This document shows, piece by piece, positions 53,184 to 62,977 of a stretch of 64,000 nucleotides of DNA. The position numbers and the translations under genes were made by a program. The notes under the pieces are model-generated. The model had not been told where the DNA came from, searched no databases, and worked only from the letters and a program-made list of their open reading frames with translations. The DNA is taken from the IMG/VR virus record IMGVR_UViG_3300045988_139374, positions 96,001 to 160,000 of that record; one strand, 5' to 3'. Each line of letters begins with the position of its first letter. Position 1 is the first letter of the stretch. Source of the stretch: a virus.

Positions 53184-53696
53184 ATGAATAAAGAAGAAGT
53201 GCTTTATCTGTTTGATAAATATAAGGATCGTCCTATTGAAATTGATACCGGCGACTCTGCTGCAGTCCTTCGTGGAAATATTGATGGTCATTGGCTCTTT
53301 CTGAAGGGCGATTCTGTTGTCGAGGTTAAGAAGAATACTCCTGATGGATCTTTTAATATTGCTAATACTAATCAGCCTCAGTGTCCTTTTAAGGTTACTA
53401 TGCTAAGCTTTGGCGATATTGCATATATTAGATCCTTCATTAATTCTGATCCTGGTGATGTACAGAAACAAATTGGTGATCTTGAGCCCATTGGCACTTC
53501 TAAGAATATGGCAGATATTCTTAAAGAAATCAAAACCGATACTATTTATAATGCATCCTCTGCAACTGGATCCTTGAATACTGAAGCTACTGCACCTGGC
53601 ACTATGTATGGTAACTTTAAAGGAACTGTTCTCTCTACTGAAATTGGAGGCATTCCTCAAAATGTTGTAGATAAGGTTCTTACTCCTAAAGAGTAA
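53184..53696 (+). CDS. Hypothetical protein
   Basis: ORF track; AAAGGAGA upstream. Confidence 0.65.
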   Translation: MNKEEVLYLFDKYKDRPIEIDTGDSAAVLRGNIDGHWLFLKGDSVVEVKKNTPDGSFNIANTNQPQCPFKVTMLSFGDIAYIRSFINSDPGDVQKQIGDLEPIGTSKNMADILKEIKTDTIYNASSATGSLNTEATAPGTMYGNFKGTVLSTEIGGIPQNVVDKVLTPKE

Positions 53697-53777
53697 GTAT
53701 AGATTTACACCTCCTGCAACATAAAAATACTGATTATGATTGTGCCTAATTTTCGTTTGCTAAAATGAAAATTGAGC

Positions 53778-53793
53778 ATATATTATAATAATG
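53778..53793 (+). promoter_or_regulatory. Promoter-like 16-mer variant ATATATTATAATAATG
   Basis: 15/16 match to AGATATTATAAnnnTG. Lies 92 nt upstream of the ATG at 53885. Confidence 0.35.
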
Positions 53794-53842
53794 AACAAAA
53801 GCAATATCTCACTTGCTTAAGTTCATGTCCGATCTTCCACAC

Positions 53843-53864
53843 TTTTAATTTGCGCAAATTAAAA
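53843..53864. promoter_or_regulatory. Perfect 22-bp palindrome TTTTAATTTGCGCAAATTAAAA (operator or leader hairpin)
   Basis: The sequence is exactly self-complementary. It ends 5 nt before the SD AAAGGAG of the 53885 gene. Confidence 0.5.
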
Positions 53865-53884
53865 AGACAAAGGAGTAAACAACA

Positions 53885-54775
53885 ATGATGAACAACATGT
53901 ATCCGAATGGTTATGCAATGCCCATGGGTGCTGGCTATCCTCAGCCCGCTGCACAGCAGACCGGTGGTAACACTAACTGGCTGAGTCCTGATAAGGTCGC
54001 TCGTCTGAAGAAGGATAATACTCAGTTTTCTCTGAGTGTTTCTGATGAAGAGCTTCTGCGTGGCCAGTGCAATCATTATAACTCTGATCGTACCTCTGCT
54101 CTGGTTGAGAATCCTGATGGTAGTTATACTTGCTCTATCTGCGGTACTACTTTCAATGTTCATACTGGTACTACTGAAGATGTCAAGACTGCAGTTCAGC
54201 TGGTTCTGGATTATATGAACACCTGCAAAACTAGCTATCTGTCTCTGAGCCCTGATGCTGCTCTGACCTATTTCCAGATTATTCCGTTCCTGGAGAAGTT
54301 CCCTGGCCTGTATGATCTGGCTATTAAGGATTATGCAAAGCATAATAACATCAATCCGATGCAGGCTCAGAATGGTATGAACACTTTTGCAATGTATGCA
54401 AATCTGATCAACAGCCCGATGTATGCTCAGCCTGGTATGATGGGTGGTATGCCGATGGGTGGTTATCCCCAGCAGCCTTATGCTTATGGTGCTCCTGTCC
54501 AGCAGCCTGTCATGAACACCAATATGCCTCAGCAGCCTGGTTATAATCCGATGTATGCTCAGCCCATGCAGCCTGCAGCTCCTGTCCAGCAGCCTGTTGC
54601 TCAGACTGGTTATCAGCCTGCACAGACCGGTTATGCATTCAACCCTCAGGGTCCTGCACAGCCGATCAATACTAATATGCCTCAGCAGCCTGCTCCTGCA
54701 GCAGCTCCTCAGGCACCTGCTGCTCAGCCTGCAGTTACCGAAGCAGTAAAGGTTCCTGAAACTTTCCAGAAGTAA
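53885..54775 (+). CDS. Low-complexity (M/P/Q/Y/G/A-rich) protein with a central folded domain; GC-rich codon usage
   Basis: AAAGGAG upstream of ATGATG. N-terminus MMNNMYPNGYAMPMGAGYPQPAAQQ. The C-terminal 130 or so residues are repeats of the QP/MP/YAQP type. The central part includes CNHY...CSICG. Confidence 0.75.
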   Translation: MMNNMYPNGYAMPMGAGYPQPAAQQTGGNTNWLSPDKVARLKKDNTQFSLSVSDEELLRGQCNHYNSDRTSALVENPDGSYTCSICGTTFNVHTGTTEDVKTAVQLVLDYMNTCKTSYLSLSPDAALTYFQIIPFLEKFPGLYDLAIKDYAKHNNINPMQAQNGMNTFAMYANLINSPMYAQPGMMGGMPMGGYPQQPYAYGAPVQQPVMNTNMPQQPGYNPMYAQPMQPAAPVQQPVAQTGYQPAQTGYAFNPQGPAQPINTNMPQQPAPAAAPQAPAAQPAVTEAVKVPETFQK

Positions 54776-54825
54776 TTTCTAAGTAAAGTTCATATAGCAA
54801 CAATCGCATCGTCATAATAAATATT

Positions 54826-54853
54826 GGAGTGGAGGATTCATGTCCTCCACTCC
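54826..54853 (+). terminator. Intrinsic terminator
   Basis: Stem GGAGTGGAGGA/TCCTCCACTCC followed by TTTATTTATTATTTTT. Confidence 0.8.
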
Positions 54854-55062
54854 TTTATTTATTATTTTTAATACTAATAGATTATAGAACAATCATTTAC
54901 CAAAATATAAAATTTGGTAAATGATCTTATGTAGAACTCAACAATAATCCGAAATTGGGTATCCAAGGAAAGATTATTTTCATATAAAGCAAAATTAATT
55001 TTTTAATGAACATGTACACATAATTATGAGAAAAAGAATCTAGAGAAAGGAAAAGACTGAGA

Positions 55063-56253
55063 ATGATTAAGAATAATATCAATTGTGAAGATATGCCTTA
55101 TGAAGCTATCGATGTTATGAGTGATCATAACTACGTAGATTATATGGGCAAAACAATTGGTAATGCTTATGTGCTAGGAAAAACTACTCCACATGTAAAA
55201 CCAGATGGTAGTATAAAAATTAGATATCTTTGCAAGTGTAATCTTTGTGGTAAAAAGTTTATTGCTTATAGAGATGCCCTTACAAATCATATTAAAGGAA
55301 AATATATTCGTCCTTTATCTTGCGGATGTGATATAGAAAGAAAGCCTATTACTTCAGGAGAGAAAATTGGTAAACTTACAGTAGAAAGATTAATAAAAGA
55401 TGGAAAATCTTCAGAAGATAGATTCTGGATTTGTAAATGTGAATGTGGACGAGAAGTTGAAAAGAGAGAAAGCAATCTTTTAAATAGAACAATTAAAGAT
55501 TGTGGAATGTGCGGTAAAATTAAATCTGTACATGAGCCATATAAAGTAGGACAAAAACTTGGAATGCTTACAATCCGAGAAGTGCATAATGCTGGAATTG
55601 TAAGTACAGAATATTATATTTGTGATTGTGACTGCGGTACAAAAGGAGTTGTAAAGAAATATACCCAGCTTAATTATAAAGATGCATCTTTAAATTGTGG
55701 ATGTGTTAATGTTCAAAAAATGAAGAACCTTCATGATAAAACTAGAAAGCATGGTTTATCTGATACTAGAATTTATAATACGTATAAAGATATGATTAGA
55801 CGCTGTTATTGTAAAACAGATGATCATTATAAAGATTATGGTGGCAGAGGTATTTATGTTTGCGACGAATGGCAGAAGAAAGATAATTATAGTGGGTTAA
55901 AAGCGTTTGTTGATTGGGCATATAAAAATGGATATAATGATAATTTGTATATTGATCGTATTGATGTAAATGGCCCATATTCTCCTAGTAATTGTAGATG
56001 GGTATCAATGATTATTCAAGCAAATAATAAAAGAGATAGCGTATATATCACCGCTAATGGAGAAACATATACATTAGCGCAATGGGAAGCAGCTTCTGGC
56101 ATTAATCAAAATACTATTAGAAGAAGGTGTGAAAAAGGATATGATCCTCATACTGCAGTATATACTCCTACACCTACAAACCATGATTGTGTAAATGCAA
56201 TCTATTTTGTAGATGAGTATAATAATCCTATAAGTCAATTCGATAAAGAATAA
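55063..56253 (+). CDS. Zn-ribbon-repeat protein with homing-endonuclease-like (HNH_3/AP2-type) C-terminal module (tentative)
   Basis: GAAAGGAAAAG upstream. Three N-terminal repeats of the type G.K[IL]G...V...C.C.CG. C-terminus YKDYGGRGIYVCDEW ... YIDRIDVNGPYSPSNCRW ... QANNKR. AT-richer codon style than its neighbours. Confidence 0.4.
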   Translation: MIKNNINCEDMPYEAIDVMSDHNYVDYMGKTIGNAYVLGKTTPHVKPDGSIKIRYLCKCNLCGKKFIAYRDALTNHIKGKYIRPLSCGCDIERKPITSGEKIGKLTVERLIKDGKSSEDRFWICKCECGREVEKRESNLLNRTIKDCGMCGKIKSVHEPYKVGQKLGMLTIREVHNAGIVSTEYYICDCDCGTKGVVKKYTQLNYKDASLNCGCVNVQKMKNLHDKTRKHGLSDTRIYNTYKDMIRRCYCKTDDHYKDYGGRGIYVCDEWQKKDNYSGLKAFVDWAYKNGYNDNLYIDRIDVNGPYSPSNCRWVSMIIQANNKRDSVYITANGETYTLAQWEAASGINQNTIRRRCEKGYDPHTAVYTPTPTNHDCVNAIYFVDEYNNPISQFDKE

Positions 56254-56273
56254 ATGAGAGGAGTTAATAATTA

Positions 56274-58643
56274 ATGGCAAAACTTACCGCTGAACAAATC
56301 AAGAATATTGATAGCTATGATAAGGACATTACCCATATTGAAGGTACGATCAATGCTATTCGAGCCCGTGCGGGCATGTACGTTGGCGCACTTGAGCAGT
56401 TTGCCGCGATAACAATGTTTAGAGAGATTTTTCAGAACTCTGTTGATCAGATGCTTTATGATAAATCTCCTTGCAACTTTATTTCTATTCTTTTTGATGA
56501 GAGAGATACTAAATTTATTATTACAGATAATGGACTGGGGATTCCATATGATAAGCTTGTGGCCGTATTTACGGAGGGACACACAGGCAAGAACCTCACA
56601 GAGAAAAAAGAAGGAGATTATTCTGCTGGATTAAATGGTATTGGTGCTAAAGCAACTAATGCATTGTCTGAGTATTTCGATGTCAAGTCTTATCGCTATG
56701 ATGGTACTTGTAAGCATGCTTTGTTTAAGAAAGGTGTCTTGAAGAAAGAAGAGATTATTAAGAATCCTGAAAAACTTCAAGGTACTAGAACAGAATTTAC
56801 TCCTGATCATAGTATTGTAGGTCCGACTCCTGTTGAACCTGCAGAAGTTTATACTCTTGTAAGAGATACTCTATCTCTGCTGCCTATTGGTGTTACTGTT
56901 GACTATACTTCTATTAATAAGCGTGGTAAGACTTATCATGAGAAGATGGTCAATGAAGATGGTATTGCTACCAATATTCTTGGTAAATGCGCTAGTATGC
57001 TAGTGTCTCCTATTATCATTAAAAATGATAATGGCCATATGAAACTAGAGTGTGCATTTACTTTTGACCAACAGGATCTTGGCGGTGAAGATGTCACTGC
57101 ATATGCTAATATGTGTCCTACGAGTAGTAGCGTATTGAATACTCATGTTACTGGTACTTTGGATGGTATTTGCACATGGTTTGGAAATTATATTAATAAG
57201 ATTTATTTGACAGATAGAGAGAAGAATAAGATTAAGATTGTTCCTAACGATGTCAAGATGGGTCTTAAGGTAATGATTTCTGCATGGCATTTGGAACCTC
57301 AATTTACTGGACAGGCAAAAGAAGTTTTAAGCAATCAAGACTTTAAGCCTTTTGCAAAAGAGACTATTATTAATGGTCTAGATGCATGGGCTAAAGCAAA
57401 ACCTCAAGATTTGCTGAAAGTTTGTAAATTCCTGAAGGATTTGGCACTTGTAAGAATTAAAGCAGATAGTGAAAAGGTTAAAGTAACCGCTAAGTATGCT
57501 ACTAGTGCTACTACTGGATTACCTGCTAAATATGTAAAGCCTTCTACCAAAGATCCTAGTAAGATTGAGCTCTTTATTGTAGAGGGCGATTCTGCATTAG
57601 GCTCTGCAAGATCCGCAAGAAATGTTGAAACACAGGGTATTTTCCCGATTCGAGGTAAGATTCTAAATGTCTTTCAAGCAAGTCCTCAAAAGATTGCCGC
57701 AAATAATGAGGTTATGGCAATCACTCAAATTCTGGGAGCCGGGTATGGTAAGCACTTCGATATCTCAAAACTTAAGGTATCGAAAGTTATTTTTATGACG
57801 GATGCCGATTCAGACGGATCTCATATTGCAGACCTTCTTCTGCTTGTATGTCTGAAGATGTTCCCTGGCTTAGTTGAATCTGGTAGAGTCTATAAAGCAG
57901 TTCCTCCGCTTTATGGTATTCCTATGGGAAAAAATCGTATGAAGTATTTTGCAGAGCGTGTTGACTTTGTAAGATATATGCAGAAGGAATATTATAAGAA
58001 GAATTCTGTTACAGATCTTAAGGGTAAACCGATTGATTCTGCTACCTTTACTAGAATTCTAATTGAGAATTCCGATTATATTTATGACTTCTCTACGATT
58101 GCTGAAAGATATAAGGTTAATCCTATTCTATTGGAAATTGTTATATCTTCCTATATCAAGAAGGAGAAGTTTGAAACTCTGCGTAAGAGAATTACTTCTG
58201 AATTCAGATTTATGGAGAATGACAATGTCACTAAGATGGGTGATACTATTAGAATCAAAGGTTTGATTAATGGAAGAATTGAAACTATCTTCTATAATCA
58301 GAGATTTATCGAAGATTGTGATCCTTTGATTAGACCTATTAAAAAGGCAATGAGTGAAGATCATATGAGATTTATTGTCAATGGTCAGAAAGTTGGTTTG
58401 TATGATATGGTATCAATGGCTATGAATACTATTGGCAATATGAACCGATTTAAAGGTCTGGGTGAGATGAATGCTGACCAGTTGGCTGAATCTACTATGA
58501 GTCCTAATACTCGTACTTTGATTCAGTATACTGTCGATGATATTAATGAAACTACTAAGATCATTCGCCAGTATGATTCTAATAAGAAACTCATTCTTCA
58601 AGAAACTGGTGTTGTTGATCGTAGTGCGCTGATCGGTTTGTAA
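56274..58643 (+). CDS. gyrB: Type IIA DNA topoisomerase subunit B (GyrB/ParE-like)
   Basis: GHKL ATPase motifs ITDNGLGIP and GLNGIGAKATNALS. TOPRIM motifs ELFIVEGDSALGSAR and IFMTDADSDGSHIA. C-terminal KGLGEMNADQLAESTMSP. Confidence 0.85.
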   Translation: MAKLTAEQIKNIDSYDKDITHIEGTINAIRARAGMYVGALEQFAAITMFREIFQNSVDQMLYDKSPCNFISILFDERDTKFIITDNGLGIPYDKLVAVFTEGHTGKNLTEKKEGDYSAGLNGIGAKATNALSEYFDVKSYRYDGTCKHALFKKGVLKKEEIIKNPEKLQGTRTEFTPDHSIVGPTPVEPAEVYTLVRDTLSLLPIGVTVDYTSINKRGKTYHEKMVNEDGIATNILGKCASMLVSPIIIKNDNGHMKLECAFTFDQQDLGGEDVTAYANMCPTSSSVLNTHVTGTLDGICTWFGNYINKIYLTDREKNKIKIVPNDVKMGLKVMISAWHLEPQFTGQAKEVLSNQDFKPFAKETIINGLDAWAKAKPQDLLKVCKFLKDLALVRIKADSEKVKVTAKYATSATTGLPAKYVKPSTKDPSKIELFIVEGDSALGSARSARNVETQGIFPIRGKILNVFQASPQKIAANNEVMAITQILGAGYGKHFDISKLKVSKVIFMTDADSDGSHIADLLLLVCLKMFPGLVESGRVYKAVPPLYGIPMGKNRMKYFAERVDFVRYMQKEYYKKNSVTDLKGKPIDSATFTRILIENSDYIYDFSTIAERYKVNPILLEIVISSYIKKEKFETLRKRITSEFRFMENDNVTKMGDTIRIKGLINGRIETIFYNQRFIEDCDPLIRPIKKAMSEDHMRFIVNGQKVGLYDMVSMAMNTIGNMNRFKGLGEMNADQLAESTMSPNTRTLIQYTVDDINETTKIIRQYDSNKKLILQETGVVDRSALIGL

Positions 58644-58650
58644 AAGCAAA

Positions 58651-58685
58651 GGAGAGACTAGTAGCACCAAATAACTAGTCTCTCC
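58651..58685 (+). terminator. Intrinsic terminator directly after the GyrB-like gene
   Basis: Stem GGAGAGACTAGT/ACTAGTCTCTCC with an 11-nt loop, followed by TTATTTTTATTT. Confidence 0.7.
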
Positions 58686-58711
58686 TTATTTTTATTTAAG
58701 GAGAAGATGGT

Positions 58712-59308
58712 ATGTATATTGAATATCAACGTATGCATCTTGGAAAAGAACCTATCACTTTTATCACTGAAGAGTTTTGTGATTCTTATCGTAACAGCGG
58801 ATATTTATCAACAAGGCTTCAATATGGAGCTATTCTAGCTTTTATTAAAGATTTCTTTAAAGATACAGATATCTTTAAGTATTATGAATATAATATTGAA
58901 ATTAAGCATATCAATACTAATAAACTTTCATCTAAATCTATTATAGATAGCTATAAAGAGAAGTCTGAATGCTCATCTTCACGGGTTGAAAAGTTTAAAG
59001 TACGTATAAGATCTGCTGAATATGGCAGTGAGGATTACGAATGTGCAAATTTTAAATTTTGGCTTAGTGGAACTTATATTGTAAAATACGAATTCTGTAA
59101 TCCAGACTATATGAAGCAGCTCTTTAGAGATAAATGGCCTATTGAAGAAAAGGTAAAAAATAATTCTTCAGATGACAATATTGGTACAGTTACCATAAGT
59201 GATAAAGATCAAACTGTAAATGGTACAAGTTTAGTTATTGAAAATCAAGCTAATGAATTCATGCAAACGATGAATTCTAAATTCATTAGAAAGAAAGGAG
59301 AAAATTAA
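58712..59308 (+). CDS. Hypothetical protein (between the topoisomerase subunit genes)
   Basis: ORF track; AAGGAGAAG upstream. Confidence 0.65.
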   Translation: MYIEYQRMHLGKEPITFITEEFCDSYRNSGYLSTRLQYGAILAFIKDFFKDTDIFKYYEYNIEIKHINTNKLSSKSIIDSYKEKSECSSSRVEKFKVRIRSAEYGSEDYECANFKFWLSGTYIVKYEFCNPDYMKQLFRDKWPIEEKVKNNSSDDNIGTVTISDKDQTVNGTSLVIENQANEFMQTMNSKFIRKKGEN

Positions 59309-59310
59309 TT

Positions 59311-59799
59311 ATGGAAGCAAAATGGGTTGAGAATGAAAATGGTAGAGTAAGCATTGCTACTTATACTAGAGAAGATATGTATATGAGGCCTTGCGTACAA
59401 GATATCTATGATAATCTTCCTGAGTTTAATGATCCTATTCAATGGATTATGTATATTCATCCCAATGCAGATTGTACAGTTCAGGATGTCCTTGACTGTC
59501 TAATCAATGATTATTCTAATATTGACACTTTGCTATTTGCTCAAGCTGGTACTATTTGCCCTATTCCTGCTAGTGGGTCTATTGCAGAAGGCAAAGAATT
59601 TATCTCTAACCAAAAGAATCTTTTGACAAATTCTATGTTTGATCGAATTTCGTTTAATCGTTGCATGGAGCATTCTTATGGAAATGATTGCATTTATCTC
59701 TTCCATAATGATACTGCAGAAAATTGGATTAAAAATAATACTGGAGAGAACAAGATTATTGATTATTCCTCTGGAGAATTTGCAGAATATAATAAATGA
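59311..59799 (+). CDS. Hypothetical protein (between the topoisomerase subunit genes)
   Basis: ORF track; AAAGGAGAAAA upstream. Confidence 0.65.
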   Translation: MEAKWVENENGRVSIATYTREDMYMRPCVQDIYDNLPEFNDPIQWIMYIHPNADCTVQDVLDCLINDYSNIDTLLFAQAGTICPIPASGSIAEGKEFISNQKNLLTNSMFDRISFNRCMEHSYGNDCIYLFHNDTAENWIKNNTGENKIIDYSSGEFAEYNK

Positions 59800-59819
59800 A
59801 AGTCGGGTGCAAATAAATA

Positions 59820-62189
59820 ATGGCCGAAGTAATTCGTCAAAATACAGCTCATAAGCAGTATATCGAAGATCTGGCTCTATATACTATTGCAACTAACTTG
59901 GTTCGTGCATTACCTGATGTGCGAGATGGATTGAAACCTGTTGCAAGACGTATTCTTTATACTCTTATGAATGATGAGAAAGCTATCGATCCTGCTCATC
60001 AGGTTAAGTCTGCTGCAGTAGAAGGTACCGTTATGAAGAAATATCATCCTCATAGTGGAACTTATCCTACGTTCAAGACTATGGTAAACTGGTTTGAAAT
60101 TAAACAACCTATGATGATCGGACAAGGATCATTTGGTACAGTTTCTGGTGAAGTAGCATCTGCACAAAGATATACTGAGTGTTGCCTTAGTCCTTTTGGT
60201 CTTGAATGTGTTTGTGGAGCATTGTTCAATAGCAATGAAGTTGTTGACTGGAATCCCACTTATGATAATAAGAACTATGAACCTCAGTATCTTCCAGTGA
60301 AAGTTCCTCTGCTTCTTATTAACGGTATTCTTGGTGGTATTGGTACTGGTATCAAAGCAGATCTTCCTTCTCATAATATGGGAGAGGTTATCGATGCTAC
60401 ACTAAGATTGATTGATGATCCTAAAGCAGATGTAATTCTGATTCCTGATCATTGCTTACCTTGTGAAATCATTGATACTGATTGGAAAAATATCTGTAAT
60501 AAAGGATATGGATCTTATCGTGCTAGAGCAACTATGAGTGTTTCTCATGATAAGAATGATTATCCTTATATTACGATTACCTCTCTTCCTATATATGGCA
60601 CTAATAATGTCGTAAATAAGATTGATGAAGGAATTGCAGCAGGTAAATTTCCTCAGATTCTTGATGTCAACGATGAATCTAAGAATGACTATGGTGTAAG
60701 AATCGTCATCAAGTTGAAAAAGGGTACTGACGTAAACTTCGTTAAAGAAGCTCTATATAAGTATACTCCTTGCGAGCAATCTTTTAGAGTTAACTTTGAA
60801 GCGGTCTATGGTACTGAGCTGGTTCGTCTGTCTTATAAGGAATATTTGAATCTGTTTATTAGATTTACTACTGATAATAAGATTAAAGAATATTCTGCGA
60901 GACATTATGTAATCTCTACCAGATTGCATAAGTTGGATGCATTCATCAAGATTGTAGGATCTCCTGATATTGATAAGATTATTAATCTTATCAAGAAAGG
61001 AAAAGCTAGTTCTGATAATGAATTAATTGAGCTTTTGATTAGTAAATATAAGCTGACCGATATTCAGGCATCTTATATTATCAATGCTCAGCTTAAGCAG
61101 CTATCTAAATCTTATCTTGATAGATATAAGGCAGACTTTAAGAAACTAAGTGAAGAAGAAACATGGCTAGAAGGTAGAATTGCTAATAATAATCTTATTC
61201 TTCAAGATGTTAAGGATGAACTGATTGCTATTAGAAATAAATATGCTACTCCTAGATTGTGTAAAGTTATTAAGGTTAGTAATCTTGGAAATATCCCTGA
61301 AGGAACATTCAAGTTTGTTATTACTGAAAACAATTATGTCCGTAAGATTGGTGAGAATGAAAATGTGAATGTAATTAAGGGAGATAGACCTAAGTTTATT
61401 ATGACTGTAAGTAACTTGGAGAATATTCTTCTCTTTGATAATAAGGGAAGAGTATTTAAACTTCCGATTCACAAGATTCCCATCATGGCAAAGAATGATC
61501 CTGGCATTGATGTCAAGGGTATTATTAAAGGATTGACTGCTGATATTATTTCTGTACTTTATGAGCCTATGGTTATTAAACTTGCAGCTTTAAAACAGAA
61601 AGTATATGTTGCAATTCTATCTAAGAATAATACTATTAAGAAACTTGATATTCAGGATTTCCTTAATGTACCTCCTTCTGGTATCATCTATTCTAAGATT
61701 ACTCAGGATGATGATATCGTAGATACTCAGCTTGTATCTGATAATATGGATCTGGTTCTATATAGTGACACGAAAGCTCTAAGAATTGCTTCTACGGATA
61801 TTACTCTTCTTAAACGTAACACTATCGGAACTCTGGGAATGGGAGGACAGCATGGACCCATGGAAGGAATGAGTATTATCTATACAGATAAGAAAAATCC
61901 TTCTAAGTATATTCTTGTCATTACTGAATCTGGTAAGGTTAATAAATTCTCTGCTAGTGGATTTGAAAGAAGTCAAAGAAATAAAGCTGGTAGTAAAGTT
62001 ATTGATCTTGCTAGAGGTGACCGTATTAAGACTATCTTTGGAGTTTCTGATAATAATGTTTTGAATATCGTTACTACAGGAACTAATTATAGTCTGCCGA
62101 TTTCTGAGATGCAGATGATGAGTTCTGTAAGCAAGGGAATTAAGGTTACTGGTAAGAATGAGATTGTTGTAAGAGCTACGATTTCCTAA
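59820..62189 (+). CDS. gyrA: Type IIA DNA topoisomerase subunit A (GyrA/ParC-like)
   Basis: VRDGLKPVARRILYTL, KKYHPHSGTY, and the catalytic-Tyr context SAQRYTECCL (compare AMRYTE). Full length, with a C-terminal repeat region. Confidence 0.85.
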   Translation: MAEVIRQNTAHKQYIEDLALYTIATNLVRALPDVRDGLKPVARRILYTLMNDEKAIDPAHQVKSAAVEGTVMKKYHPHSGTYPTFKTMVNWFEIKQPMMIGQGSFGTVSGEVASAQRYTECCLSPFGLECVCGALFNSNEVVDWNPTYDNKNYEPQYLPVKVPLLLINGILGGIGTGIKADLPSHNMGEVIDATLRLIDDPKADVILIPDHCLPCEIIDTDWKNICNKGYGSYRARATMSVSHDKNDYPYITITSLPIYGTNNVVNKIDEGIAAGKFPQILDVNDESKNDYGVRIVIKLKKGTDVNFVKEALYKYTPCEQSFRVNFEAVYGTELVRLSYKEYLNLFIRFTTDNKIKEYSARHYVISTRLHKLDAFIKIVGSPDIDKIINLIKKGKASSDNELIELLISKYKLTDIQASYIINAQLKQLSKSYLDRYKADFKKLSEEETWLEGRIANNNLILQDVKDELIAIRNKYATPRLCKVIKVSNLGNIPEGTFKFVITENNYVRKIGENENVNVIKGDRPKFIMTVSNLENILLFDNKGRVFKLPIHKIPIMAKNDPGIDVKGIIKGLTADIISVLYEPMVIKLAALKQKVYVAILSKNNTIKKLDIQDFLNVPPSGIIYSKITQDDDIVDTQLVSDNMDLVLYSDTKALRIASTDITLLKRNTIGTLGMGGQHGPMEGMSIIYTDKKNPSKYILVITESGKVNKFSASGFERSQRNKAGSKVIDLARGDRIKTIFGVSDNNVLNIVTTGTNYSLPISEMQMMSSVSKGIKVTGKNEIVVRATIS

Positions 62190-62200
62190 ATGCAATATAA

Positions 62201-62229
62201 ATGGGTAAGGGAGTAAATCCCTTACCCAT
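62201..62229. terminator. Bidirectional terminator between convergent genes
   Basis: Stem ATGGGTAAGGGA/TCCCTTACCCAT with loop GTAAA, followed by TATTTTTT. Confidence 0.75.
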
Positions 62230-62265
62230 TATTTTTTACTTAAATAATCTTTAGACTAAGAAGTT

Positions 62266-62391
62266 TTAGCGAGGAATCTTCTTAATCTTCTCACTCTGAG
62301 CAGCAGTAATCCAATTAAGCTGGACAGCCTTATCGACGCCCTTTTCATCAATCATATGCTTCTTCCACATACGTACGACAGAATTATACAT
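62266..62391 (-). CDS. XkdX-like 41-aa phage protein (MYNSVVRMWKKHMIDEKGVDKAVQLNWITAAQSEKIKKIPR)
   Basis: Not in the ORF track (under 60 aa). AGGAGG lies 9 nt upstream of the ATG at 62391. Its size and the W...V....IT..Q...I pattern match my memory of the XkdX family. Confidence 0.5.
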   Translation of the reverse strand: MYNSVVRMWKKHMIDEKGVDKAVQLNWITAAQSEKIKKIPR

Positions 62392-62427
62392 AGTATAAAT
62401 CCTCCTGATTTGTATTATTATTTTGAA

Positions 62428-62928
62428 TTACTGAACAGCCTGAGCATCGGAATCATCGCCACCAGCCATCTGCATATTCAGCAGGGTGCTGCCCAGCATA
62501 TCGACGCTAGACTCCAGACTAGACAGACGCTCGTTAACATCAGGAGCACCGACATTGACAACGAAGATGGTAGCAGTGACTTCCTTCATAGTAGGACCAT
62601 CAAAGGTTGCATTGCAAGCAGTACAAGTAGTTGCAGTATTCTCGACATCTGCACCACACTCAGGGCAGACATACTTGGTCTCGATAACAAAGTTAGGAAC
62701 CAGCTGAACATTGCGAACAACAGTCTTACCAGTAATAATCTGGATAGCAGTGTCATCGACCTTAGCAGTAATTGTATCATTACCAGTAAAGTCTGCCAGG
62801 ACCTCTTCAGCAGTCTTGGTGACACCTTCCATAGGACGAACCTTGAAAGTTGCAACGTCGTTGTACTGATTTACGCCGTCAGTGCACAGAAGATACTCAG
62901 CGCCATTGGACAGAACTAGCTTTTCCAT
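62428..62928 (-). CDS. Hypothetical protein with inserted zinc ribbon (CPECG...CTAC); GC-rich codon usage
   Basis: Track ORF 62428..62952. The ATG at 62928 follows AAGGAGGA. Confidence 0.7.
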   Translation of the reverse strand: MEKLVLSNGAEYLLCTDGVNQYNDVATFKVRPMEGVTKTAEEVLADFTGNDTITAKVDDTAIQIITGKTVVRNVQLVPNFVIETKYVCPECGADVENTATTCTACNATFDGPTMKEVTATIFVVNVGAPDVNERLSSLESSVDMLGSTLLNMQMAGGDDSDAQAVQ

Positions 62929-62977
62929 AGAAAAGTCCTCCTTAATGTACATTAATTTTTGATTGGAGTGAATAGAA

